Source: Spirochaetota bacterium
Lineage (GTDB): Bacteria; Spirochaetota; Spirochaetia; Treponematales; UBA12059
Direction: 5' to 3'
Assembly: GCA_020048755.1 (NCBI GenBank)
Contig: JAIFMD010000153.1
Span: 1-47,882, forward strand
DNA length: 47,882 bases
Made by a program: the position numbers and the translations under genes. The notes under the pieces are model-generated. The model saw nothing but the letters and a program-made list of their open reading frames with translations. It was not told where the DNA came from and ran no database searches. This document shows, in pieces, positions 1 through 8,277 of the stretch. Within the stretch, counting starts at the first letter, position 1. Each line of letters begins with the position of its first letter.

Positions 1-150
1 CCCCAACAACGCGCCTCGCGAAGCGAGCGTCTCCATCCCCCAACAACGCGCCTCGCGAAGCGAGCGCCTCCATCCCCCAACAACGCGCCTCGCTCAGCGA
101 GCGCCTCCCCCTCCCCTCAGCAACGCGCCTCGCGCAGCGAGCGTCTCCCC
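1..150. repeat. Tandem array of about 37-bp REP-like palindromic units (4 copies; may continue beyond the window edge)
   Basis: Unit CCCCAACAACGCGCCTCGCGAAGCGAGCG(T/C)CTCCATC at 1-37 and 38-74, with degenerate copies at about 75-113 and 117-150. Each contains a CTCGC-NNA-GCGAG hairpin. No unique spacers. Confidence 0.85.
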
Positions 151-174
151 AACAACCCACTCAACCTAAAAGGA

Positions 175-299
175 CTTTTTTAAAATATCGGGGATGATCG
201 CAAGGAGCGACCCGAGAGGGGCTCCGCCGGCGTACGTTGGTACGCCAAGGAGCACCGCGAGGCGAGCGACGCCGCGAGCGCCCCGAGATTTTAAAAAAG
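175..299. mobile_element. MITE-like / palindromic intergenic element with 19-bp terminal inverted repeats
   Basis: CTTTTTTAAAATATCGGGG (175-193) matches the reverse complement of CCCCGAGATTTTAAAAAAG (281-299) at 18/19. Nested inner hairpin GGCGTAC-GTTG-GTACGCC (229-246) flanked by GCTCC/GGAGC. Mobility is inferred only. Confidence 0.55.
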
Positions 300-338
300 A
301 AAAGAGGGGTATGTCTGGACGTCACCCATACCCCTCTT
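293..338 (-). terminator. Rho-independent terminator downstream of the lepB-pbp-maf operon
   Basis: 12-bp stem AAGAGGGGTATG (302-313) / CATACCCCTCTT (327-338), followed on the minus strand by a T-rich run. Confidence 0.7.
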
Positions 339-420
339 GTTGCAGGCTGTTTTTGCCTACCAATAGTATCGGAATCATTGCATGAGGCATTAACATCTAT
401 TTTGGTTGCGTTGTACTTTG

Positions 421-2211
421 CTACAGACTTCGCGCGTGCCAGCGCGCGCTTTCCGCTACGGCGCGGTAGAGTCTCGCAGTATGGATCAGGCTGTCATCCA
501 GGTTTCTTGCCCGCCCCCCGACGGCTTCAGCCGCAGAAGCAAACAGGAAGCCCACGACATCACGCGCTTCGCTTTCCAGCACGGCGGTATCAAGTTGGGT
601 CAGTTCGGCCAGCGCTTGATGAACTGCATCACCGCTGGCTCCCATGACGCTCTCGGCGACCTGAACCGCATGGTCGGCTATTCCAGCCAGCCTCAGCAGT
701 TCCAGTTTCAAGCCATCCACGACGACATCTACCGCTGTAGCGTGTGTCACATCCTGACCGCCAGGAGCGCTCATCGCATCCAGCGCGCCTCCAAGAAGAG
801 CATTCAGTTCACGACGACGCTGAGGTACATCGTACAGCGAGCCTACGGGAACATGATCCATACCTGGTATCGCGAGTCCACGAGAAGACAGGTTGTACGT
901 AGGAGCTTCGGGATGACTGGACAATTTACGGGCAAACCAGGTGGAATACAATGAAAGGCGCTCGTCACTCGTCACCTCGGAGCCATCATTGGCCCGGGCC
1001 AGGTAGGGTCGACCTCCACGCATGGCCCTGAACGCCGCGCTGGAAGCCGGGTCCAGTCTCGAACCTTCAGCCAGCGACCGTTGTTCGAAAAGACTCGCAT
1101 TGGCATGCGTTTTGCCGTCGGGAAACGACAGGTCGAGGCCTGCCATATAAATTGGAGCGCAGCCAATAATGCGGGCAAAATCCCAGGCCGTTGTAGCAAC
1201 CGAGCCACCTGCACCAAGGGAACCCTTAGGCGGACCAAGCCTGTCTTCGACATAGCGGCCAAGCGGATACATCGAAGAACACAGTGCTGTCTGCCTGGCG
1301 CGGAACCGCAATACCGAAGGCCATACGGCAGCCTCGGTGATCAGGATGCTGCCTGGAGAAGAACAGCGGTCAAGATGACGCATATTCCAGTACTGAGGGT
1401 CAACCACGATGATGAAATCAGGTTCCACACCAGTCCTGAGCACTGTCCGAAGGGCGGTATCCACACAGATTATGACCATCCGCTTTGCGAGTTCGGGCAA
1501 CAAGCCCGCGATTTCATCGAGGGAAGGGCCTGCGGCCAGCACCAGGGCGGGAAAGCCATGAAACCGTGCGACAAGGGAGGACAAGCCCGGGCAGGCCGCG
1601 GCTATTCTGATGTTCCTGGACAAGTTGTTCACCCAGAGCCGACCAAAACGACGTAGTGTAGCCGCGTTGATCTCATCCTTCTTGCGATAGCTGGCAACCT
1701 GGGATCTGAGTGCTTCCGCCGCCTCTGGGAAAGCAGCCATGGTGGCCCCGTTTTCTATGATGGCGATGGACCGGGGTGCTACTTCATCAAGATATTCCGA
1801 GACCCCGTAGCCTTCTGGACACAGAATCAGGGCACAATGTTCGTTTGATATGATGTCGACCAACTCGCTGGAATGTAGCAAGGCCGCAATCCAGGCTGCG
1901 CTGGACTCGATGACGGCAACCCTTGCACCAGAGGAGAGCGCAGCCTGTGTGGCATAGCCAAACCCCAGGCCGAGCACTACGATGAGATCGGCGCCGGTTG
2001 CAATGGCTTCATCCGCTATCCTTCGGCCTTCAGCCTGTGGGTCATAGCGAGAGTGCAACCATACCCCACAAGCCTTGGCCGTACGAGCACCGCTTCGCGC
2101 AATGGATGTTTCAAGCTGAAATGGAACAGCCGCGGCTACACAGGCAGCAAGTTCAGGCGATCGGGCGTCCAAGGCCTCAAGGTTGGCAGTATACCAGTCA
2201 GGGTTGATCAT
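421..2211 (-). CDS. Motility-associated factor (Maf) / DUF115 MptE-like protein, putative flagellin glycosyltransferase
   Basis: Motifs LHSRYDP, GLGFGY, AAGPSL, CVDTAL, VDPQ, GGSVATTA, GLDLSF typical of the Maf/DUF115 family. Overlaps the upstream PBP stop by 4 bp. Confidence 0.8.
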   Translation of the reverse strand: MINPDWYTANLEALDARSPELAACVAAAVPFQLETSIARSGARTAKACGVWLHSRYDPQAEGRRIADEAIATGADLIVVLGLGFGYATQAALSSGARVAVIESSAAWIAALLHSSELVDIISNEHCALILCPEGYGVSEYLDEVAPRSIAIIENGATMAAFPEAAEALRSQVASYRKKDEINAATLRRFGRLWVNNLSRNIRIAAACPGLSSLVARFHGFPALVLAAGPSLDEIAGLLPELAKRMVIICVDTALRTVLRTGVEPDFIIVVDPQYWNMRHLDRCSSPGSILITEAAVWPSVLRFRARQTALCSSMYPLGRYVEDRLGPPKGSLGAGGSVATTAWDFARIIGCAPIYMAGLDLSFPDGKTHANASLFEQRSLAEGSRLDPASSAAFRAMRGGRPYLARANDGSEVTSDERLSLYSTWFARKLSSHPEAPTYNLSSRGLAIPGMDHVPVGSLYDVPQRRRELNALLGGALDAMSAPGGQDVTHATAVDVVVDGLKLELLRLAGIADHAVQVAESVMGASGDAVHQALAELTQLDTAVLESEARDVVGFLFASAAEAVGGRARNLDDSLIHTARLYRAVAESARWHARSL

Positions 2212-4088
2212 TCAAGTTTCAACAGCACGGTCGAACCAGGTTCGACCAGTGAACCAGGTGCTGGCGACTGTTCCCTCACCCAGCCATCACCTTCTATTTC
2301 AACAACGATATCGTCACGTTCCAGAAGCGCTGTAAGAGCGCGTTTGGGTGTTCCACGAAGGTCTGGCATCGTTTCACCTATACGGACTGCATCCGTGCCG
2401 GTTACCATGACGCGGCCATCATGTAACGCTGAAGCTGAACCTGTCCGTGCTACCCCGTACAAATCGGCAATGACATTGGCAACATCCTTGACTAACGGAG
2501 CGGCGATGCGACCTCCGTAGGTCGATATCCCCTTGGGATTGAATATAGCCGCATATACTATGTATTCCGGAGCCTCGCTTGGAAACAATGCGATGGTACT
2601 GGCAATGAAATCGGTATCCGAATAGCGTCTCGTTTCAGGATCGATGACCTGGGCCGTACCTGTTTTTACCGACATGCGCAGGTCATCGATGCGCGCCCTG
2701 TGCCCGGTGCCCGTAGAGAGAGTCGCGTTTTCCATAGCACCGAGTATTGAATCTGCCTCAGCTTTCTCCATGACCCGCCTGATCACGATTGGCTGGGGAT
2801 CATCGATGCTGGTACCATCCGGGCCAACGATCCGGTCCAGGGTCCGTGCCCTGATGAGAATTCCGCCATTCGCGATCACGGTAGCAGCGGTGGTCATCTG
2901 CAGGGCCGTGACCAGTAATTCCTGGCCTATGGCGATAGTCGGTTTTGTCCTGCCTGACCAGGTTTCAGGCTTGCGGATGACACCGGGACTGTCGCTTGCC
3001 AGATCGGCCCCCACTCTCTCGCCAAAGCCGAATTCCCTGACTTTGGAATAAAAATCTATCGGGGACACGGTATCGGATGCATATGCCGCACCGGAATTGC
3101 AGGAATATTCAAGTATTTTTGCCACATCGACAGTGCCATGGGAACCAAGACAGGTAATGACTATCTTTTCGCCGGACGGCATGGTTTTTTCATAACTGCC
3201 GTCACACGTGAACTCAGAATGTTCATCGATGCCACCAAGGGCAATAAGCGAACTCATGCTGTAGACCTTGAACACCGAACCAGGCTCATAGGCATAGATT
3301 GAAACTCGATCCACCCATGTGGATCGGTCGGAGGCAAGGAACTGGTTAGGATCGAAATCGGGAAGGGAGACATACGCAAGGACCGAACCGGTTCTTGCTT
3401 CCATGGCTACCAGGGCTATTCCTTCTGCAGCATTCCTGACAAGCGCAGCGCGCGCAAGGCTTTCGAGCTTGAACTGCAGATCGGCATCGATACTAAGATA
3501 CACGGCGTTTCCATACGCATAGCCACCGATAGCCTGAGCAGGATCTGCCGCCAGTGAAGACTCGAAGGCGGCTTCCGCGCCGGACAGTCCGCGATTTTCG
3601 GTGCCAACAAAACCGACGAGATGCGCAGCGAGGGCTCGCTCCGGGTATACCCGACCCGCAACACGGTCGATTCTGATACCATTCATGTTGGTATCAGCCA
3701 CGGCTTGCTCGATGGAACGAGCAACATCGCTTGAAACCCGGCGGGCTATGTAGGCAAAGTCAGCGCCTTCTCCAGTCAGTCTGGCAAGGATTTCTGATTC
3801 TGGAACCCCGATGGCAGCGGCCAGAGCAGTCGCAAAAACCGCCTCTTTTCCCCTGGAGAGTGACGGTTTCCAGATGGACACGTCGTAGAGGTCAGTATCG
3901 ACGGCCAGCAAGCGACCTTCGCGGTCGTATATCGGGCCACGTATGGAAACAATCCGTGCGGACGAGGCAAGTGACTGTCCTGTTGTTCCCAGAGCCAGCC
4001 GACCGTATCGAACCAACGTCACTGATGCCAGCACAAGGAGTACGGCTAAAATGATGTAATGCCGGAAGAATCGTTTATCTATCGACAT
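2208..4088 (-). CDS. Class B penicillin-binding protein (FtsI/PBP2-like transpeptidase)
   Basis: N-terminal TM anchor, RGPIYDREG dimerisation motif, SxxK (SVFK), SxN (SCN), KTG, C-terminal PASTA-like segment. Start moved to ATG 4088 (MSIDKRF), which overlaps the lepB end. Confidence 0.9.
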   Translation of the reverse strand: MSIDKRFFRHYIILAVLLVLASVTLVRYGRLALGTTGQSLASSARIVSIRGPIYDREGRLLAVDTDLYDVSIWKPSLSRGKEAVFATALAAAIGVPESEILARLTGEGADFAYIARRVSSDVARSIEQAVADTNMNGIRIDRVAGRVYPERALAAHLVGFVGTENRGLSGAEAAFESSLAADPAQAIGGYAYGNAVYLSIDADLQFKLESLARAALVRNAAEGIALVAMEARTGSVLAYVSLPDFDPNQFLASDRSTWVDRVSIYAYEPGSVFKVYSMSSLIALGGIDEHSEFTCDGSYEKTMPSGEKIVITCLGSHGTVDVAKILEYSCNSGAAYASDTVSPIDFYSKVREFGFGERVGADLASDSPGVIRKPETWSGRTKPTIAIGQELLVTALQMTTAATVIANGGILIRARTLDRIVGPDGTSIDDPQPIVIRRVMEKAEADSILGAMENATLSTGTGHRARIDDLRMSVKTGTAQVIDPETRRYSDTDFIASTIALFPSEAPEYIVYAAIFNPKGISTYGGRIAAPLVKDVANVIADLYGVARTGSASALHDGRVMVTGTDAVRIGETMPDLRGTPKRALTALLERDDIVVEIEGDGWVREQSPAPGSLVEPGSTVLLKLE

Positions 4089-4662
4089 CAGCCGCAGCAT
4101 CCTTGGATTCATGAGATTTTCCTGCAGAGCCAGAAAGCCCGCCAGAATAGAGTAGCACTTTTCCCAGTATCTTCTCAATCGGCAGGGAACCATAGTCGCG
4201 CGAATCGAAAGACCTGTCACCGTTGTCGCCGACTATGAATACCCTGCCCGAAGGTAGATAGGAAAATCCAGAAAACCGTGACGAAGAATCCGGCTCGAGT
4301 TTCACAGAACCACCTCGGCCGGACAGCACACCAGCTTCAGCATTCAAGTATGCCGGTCCCAGTTCGAATACCCGTTTGATCACCCTTCTGGGATTCCGGT
4401 CCACAGGCGCGACGAGTACGATATCACCTGGTTCTGGTTCAGCCCAGCGCAGGACCCAGGTCCCTGAAACCGGAAGCCGCAGTCCGTAGGCACAACGGGC
4501 AACAAGGGCCACGGTACTCGTGCCAATCGTAGGACTCATGGAATCGCCTCGTATTATGACTAGGTCCACGGCAAACGTCTTCATGAACAGGGCAACCAGC
4601 ATGGCCGTCATGATGATACGCGGAACATGAATATATCTTGTATTCGTTCTCACTTCATGCAT
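4075..4662 (-). CDS. lepB: Signal peptidase I
   Basis: GDSM catalytic Ser, IKRV catalytic Lys, GDN..SFDSR box, N-terminal TM. Start uncertain (ATG 4662 with GAGG upstream, or TTG 4701). Confidence 0.85.
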   Translation of the reverse strand: MHEVRTNTRYIHVPRIIMTAMLVALFMKTFAVDLVIIRGDSMSPTIGTSTVALVARCAYGLRLPVSGTWVLRWAEPEPGDIVLVAPVDRNPRRVIKRVFELGPAYLNAEAGVLSGRGGSVKLEPDSSSRFSGFSYLPSGRVFIVGDNGDRSFDSRDYGSLPIEKILGKVLLYSGGLSGSAGKSHESKDAAADVDR

Positions 4663-4697
4663 ATGCAAAAACCTCTGTTCAACAAGGTGCTCGTCTC

Positions 4698-4725
4698 TCA
4701 ATGCCGGGCTGAGTTGCGCCGATAG
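4698..4725 (+). promoter_or_regulatory. Putative sigma28 (FliA) promoter
   Basis: TCAA-N16-GCCGATAG, with the same boxes and spacing as the promoter upstream of flaB at 37460-37487. Confidence 0.6.
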
Positions 4726-4733
4726 TAGAACGT

Positions 4734-5933
4734 ATGGAAATGCAGAATGTCATGGAAACCCAGTATGTAGCACCTCGTCAGAAGCCAGTCAGGATAATCC
4801 TCGATCAAGGCCTGATCAGTCCAGCCTGCAATGGCCGCATAGAAAGAAAAGCCTCAAGGGCCAGAATCCATCCCGGGCACAACTCCGAGCCTGGGACCAA
4901 TCAACGAATAAAAAGCCTGGAAACGCAGGTAGCGCAGCCGGTTGTTGCCCGCGAGCGGTTCCATTATATAATCCGGATCCTTGAAACGCTGTCATCCGCA
5001 AAATCACTGAAAACAGTGTTGATCATTCTCGGCGTCCTTTTATTCGCTGTAGCAATAGCGGCAGTAGGTGCAGTGGAACGCCCGGCTGATCTGCATGAGT
5101 TTTTCCTGCCTGAAGACGGAGTGGCTACCTCACTCCTGCTCGACTCCCTTATGGCGATGCCTCCCGAGCCAGACGATGCCGAACTGGTACCAGCCCTGCC
5201 CATGACACTGTCCATCTCCAGCTACCGGGTAGCAAAAAATGACACGCTTGATGCAATATCACACAGGTTCGGGATTCGCCTGGACACACTCATAAGCATC
5301 AACGGTATAGGAGACGTCCGCAGGATACAAGCGGGTGCAACTATAAAAATACCAAACCTGGATGGAGTCGCTTACAAGGTTAAAAAAGGTGAAAGCCTCT
5401 CGGGAATAGCCTCCGCAACACAGGTTTCCATGCTGGACATCGTCGATGCCAACGATCTATCGAGCCAGACTATAACGCCCGGACAGACATTGTTCATCCC
5501 GGGAGCCCGGTTATCAAGCTACGATCTTAAAAAAGCGCTGGGAAAACTGATCATCTGGCCAGTAGTTGGCAAAATCAGTTCGCAATTTGGATATCGGGCC
5601 AATCCGTTCACGGGAATACGCCAATTCCATAGCGGACTTGACATCGTTGGCCCTCTGAACTCTCCCATACATGCGTCTATGGATGGCCGGGTTGCTGAAA
5701 CGGGATACAGCACTATATTCGGTAATTTCATAATACTTACACATGCAGAAGGGTATCAGACTCTGTATGCCCACCTGAACAAGATACTTGTCAAACAAGG
5801 TGCCAGCGTGCAACAAGGCAAATCCATAGGACTACTTGGCTCAACGGGGTACAGTACTGGTGCGCATCTGCATCTGGGTGTCTTCAAACGCGGTACAGCA
5901 ATAGATCCATTGAAATTCCTGAATGGAAAATAG
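4734..5933 (+). CDS. LysM-LysM-M23 peptidoglycan endopeptidase (NlpD-like)
   Basis: TM segment, two LysM repeats (YRVAKNDTL, YKVKKGESL), M23 motifs HSGLD and HLH. Confidence 0.9.
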   Translation: MEMQNVMETQYVAPRQKPVRIILDQGLISPACNGRIERKASRARIHPGHNSEPGTNQRIKSLETQVAQPVVARERFHYIIRILETLSSAKSLKTVLIILGVLLFAVAIAAVGAVERPADLHEFFLPEDGVATSLLLDSLMAMPPEPDDAELVPALPMTLSISSYRVAKNDTLDAISHRFGIRLDTLISINGIGDVRRIQAGATIKIPNLDGVAYKVKKGESLSGIASATQVSMLDIVDANDLSSQTITPGQTLFIPGARLSSYDLKKALGKLIIWPVVGKISSQFGYRANPFTGIRQFHSGLDIVGPLNSPIHASMDGRVAETGYSTIFGNFIILTHAEGYQTLYAHLNKILVKQGASVQQGKSIGLLGSTGYSTGAHLHLGVFKRGTAIDPLKFLNGK

Positions 5934-5996
5934 CCTTCAAATCTTGAAGTAATCCAGCAGGCAGTGTATCCTGATGATGTTTCCGGAGGGTTTGCA

Positions 5997-6119
5997 ATGC
6001 GAAAACTAGTCGTTGTCATAGTTGCAGTTCTGGCAATTTTTACATTCATCAGAGAGTACAAAGTTGTGCCTGCACAGGGACTCGGACAGGCTCAGATACA
6101 AACTGCACCGCCAAACTGA
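5997..6119 (+). CDS. Small (40 aa) putative membrane or exported peptide, not in the ORF track
   Basis: GGAGG at 5985-5989, ATG 5997, TGA 6117-6119. Translation MRKLVVVIVAVLAIFTFIREYKVVPAQGLGQAQIQTAPPN has a basic N-terminus and a 15-residue hydrophobic stretch. A terminator follows. Confidence 0.6.
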   Translation: MRKLVVVIVAVLAIFTFIREYKVVPAQGLGQAQIQTAPPN

Positions 6120-6137
6120 GCGCATGTACCTCCAACT

Positions 6138-6168
6138 AAAAAAACCGTCCGTCAAGGGCGGTTTTTTT
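6138..6168 (+). terminator. Rho-independent (bidirectional-type) terminator
   Basis: A7-CCGTCC-GTCAA-GGGCGG-T7. Confidence 0.85.
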
Positions 6169-6309
6169 ATCATTTTGTATACCCTTAAAAAGGGATTTTG
6201 TGCACGAAAGTATACTTATTCCAAGAATTCTATAACTTCATCACTGCCATTTTAAATACAATTTGTTATATTATATATAATTACAAATTCATACTTCAAA
6301 TACAATTAC

Positions 6310-6326
6310 TTGGCACAGTTACTGCT
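6310..6326 (+). promoter_or_regulatory. Putative sigma54 (RpoN) -24/-12 promoter
   Basis: TTGGCACAGTTACTGCT with GG (6312-6313) and GC (6324-6325) at canonical spacing, preceded by an AT-rich tract. Confidence 0.7.
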
Positions 6327-6352
6327 CTAATAATAGGCAGAGGTAACACAAA

Positions 6353-7195
6353 ATGAGCGGAAGAACAGAGGCGTCCATGTCTGAGGACACGCTGAAGATA
6401 TATTACGAGAGAGTTAAGCAGATTCCATTGCTCACCGCAGAAGAAGAACGGGACCTCTCCATGAGAATTCAGGCTGGTGAAGAAGTAGCCAGATCCAGAC
6501 TCATCGAAGCCAACCTCCGCCTCGTCATAAAAATAGCACGCGCCTTCGCAAATTTTGACGTTCCCCTGATCGATCTCATCCAGGAAGGCAACATGGGCCT
6601 CATCAAGGCAGCCGAACGATTCGACTACCGGCGCAACGTGAGGTTTTCAACGTACGCTTCATGGTGGATCAAACAGGCTGTGACCAGGTCCCTGGTCAAT
6701 TCTCGCCGCGCGATCCGCCTCCCCCACCGCAAGGAAGAACTGATAAAACGCATCCACAAGACATATGGATACCTCTCGCAGAGCCTGTCACGGGAACCGT
6801 CCCGTTCAGAAATTGCGCGGGAACTCGGCATAGAAGAACACTTGGTCAAGGAAGCACTCGAGATGTCAGGTAGCATCATGCCACTTGAAGGTGACAACGA
6901 TGACGAGGAATCCGGTAGTGTGCTCGATGTATATGCGGATGAAACCTACAGCCCCGATGCGGCCTTTGTACGAAACTGTGTGCGGGAAAAGACTATCAAA
7001 TTACTTGAAGCCCTCATGGAAAAGGAGCGGCAGGTCTTGATTTATCGATTTGAATTTTATGGGAATCAGAAAAAAACCCTCAAGGGAATAGGCGAAACCA
7101 TGGGTATTTCAGCAGAAACCGTAAGGCAGATAGAGAAGAGGGCTATCCGCAAGCTTCGCAATCAGAGCGAATACGCTGATTTCATCGGAGCCTGA
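6353..7195 (+). CDS. Sigma-70 family group 2/3 RNA polymerase sigma factor (RpoS-like)
   Basis: Region 2 (EANLRLV, DLIQEGNMGL, RFSTYASWWI), region 3 and region 4 HTH (ETVRQIE). 280 aa with no region 1.1, so not the primary RpoD. Confidence 0.9.
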   Translation: MSGRTEASMSEDTLKIYYERVKQIPLLTAEEERDLSMRIQAGEEVARSRLIEANLRLVIKIARAFANFDVPLIDLIQEGNMGLIKAAERFDYRRNVRFSTYASWWIKQAVTRSLVNSRRAIRLPHRKEELIKRIHKTYGYLSQSLSREPSRSEIARELGIEEHLVKEALEMSGSIMPLEGDNDDEESGSVLDVYADETYSPDAAFVRNCVREKTIKLLEALMEKERQVLIYRFEFYGNQKKTLKGIGETMGISAETVRQIEKRAIRKLRNQSEYADFIGA

Positions 7196-7275
7196 CGCTA
7201 CAATTCCTGCATTGACCGGCTGCAGCCCGGGGTCTTGCGATGTTTTCCGTGACCATCGTATAGTAAAATGACACG

Positions 7276-8277
7276 ATGCCGACAAAAAAACGGAAACGTG
7301 CGCCAACGGTGCAAAGCGCTCACATCATTCTCTTGACAAGCGCATTTCTTGTAGTTGGCGCACTCGGGCTTGCTTTTTCACTCACGAGACTTCAAAGCAG
7401 CCGCATTCATACACCGCTGACTGGTTCTGGTCCAGATGAATCTGGTTCTGACGCATCCAGTCTGGTGGATCCCGTGTCCCAGGAACACGTGCCGCCGGTT
7501 GAATATGCGCAGGATCCAATTATCGATACTGAGCCAGCTGCAACTACGGCCAGACCTGTTCCAGATGCACGCAGAATAAAAAAAACCAGAGGGATACTCG
7601 TGTTCGTAATAGACGATGCCGGGCACAATGAATGGCAACTCAAGCCCTTTCTGGAACTGCCCGGACCAGTAACCATAGCCGTGCTTCCTGGCCTGCCGTT
7701 TACAACCAGTTCCGCAGAATCTGTAAGGAATGCCGGCAAGGAACTGCTGCTGCATCAGCCCATGGAGGCACTTGCAGGTCTCGACCCGGGCCCTGGAGCA
7801 ATCCGTGCCGATATGGACGATGCGACAATACGGCGGGTGCTCAGAAACAACCTGGCTCAGGTTCCTGGCGCAGCTGGAGTAAACAACCACATGGGCTCCA
7901 GGGCTACGTCCGATATCAGGGTCATGTCGACCGTACTCGATGAACTGTCCACGGCCGGCGTGTATTTTCTGGACTCTTTAACCATAAGCGATTCCGTGGT
8001 ACACTCTGTAGCCTCGCTTATGAGACAGTCTATATGGGAGCGCAGCGTGTTTCTAGATAATACCCCCGACAGAGCCTCGATGCTTCATTACATCGCCGAG
8101 GGCACTAAAATTGCAGAGAAACGGGGCTACGCCATCATGATAGGCCATGTATGGTCGGCTGAATTGGCCCAGACCCTGGCAGACCTCTATCCTCAACTCA
8201 TGGAACAGGGATTCAGCCTATCCACCATCTCGCGCATCATGATGGATTCGGATGACGATGACGATATTGGGGATTGA
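7276..8277 (+). CDS. Divergent polysaccharide deacetylase family protein (YibQ-like)
   Basis: VIDDAG, LLHQPME, NNHMGS, FLDS, VFLDN and IGH motifs; N-terminal TM. Confidence 0.85.
   Translation: MPTKKRKRAPTVQSAHIILLTSAFLVVGALGLAFSLTRLQSSRIHTPLTGSGPDESGSDASSLVDPVSQEHVPPVEYAQDPIIDTEPAATTARPVPDARRIKKTRGILVFVIDDAGHNEWQLKPFLELPGPVTIAVLPGLPFTTSSAESVRNAGKELLLHQPMEALAGLDPGPGAIRADMDDATIRRVLRNNLAQVPGAAGVNNHMGSRATSDIRVMSTVLDELSTAGVYFLDSLTISDSVVHSVASLMRQSIWERSVFLDNTPDRASMLHYIAEGTKIAEKRGYAIMIGHVWSAELAQTLADLYPQLMEQGFSLSTISRIMMDSDDDDDIGD

Noticed and set aside
1-150. CRISPR array (37-bp repeats)
   Set aside because: The repeats abut each other with no unique spacers, and there are no cas genes in the window.
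194-954. Plus-strand ORFs 194-385, 237-647 and 406-954
   Set aside because: They run through the palindromic element and terminator or are antisense to the Maf gene, and show no recognisable motifs.
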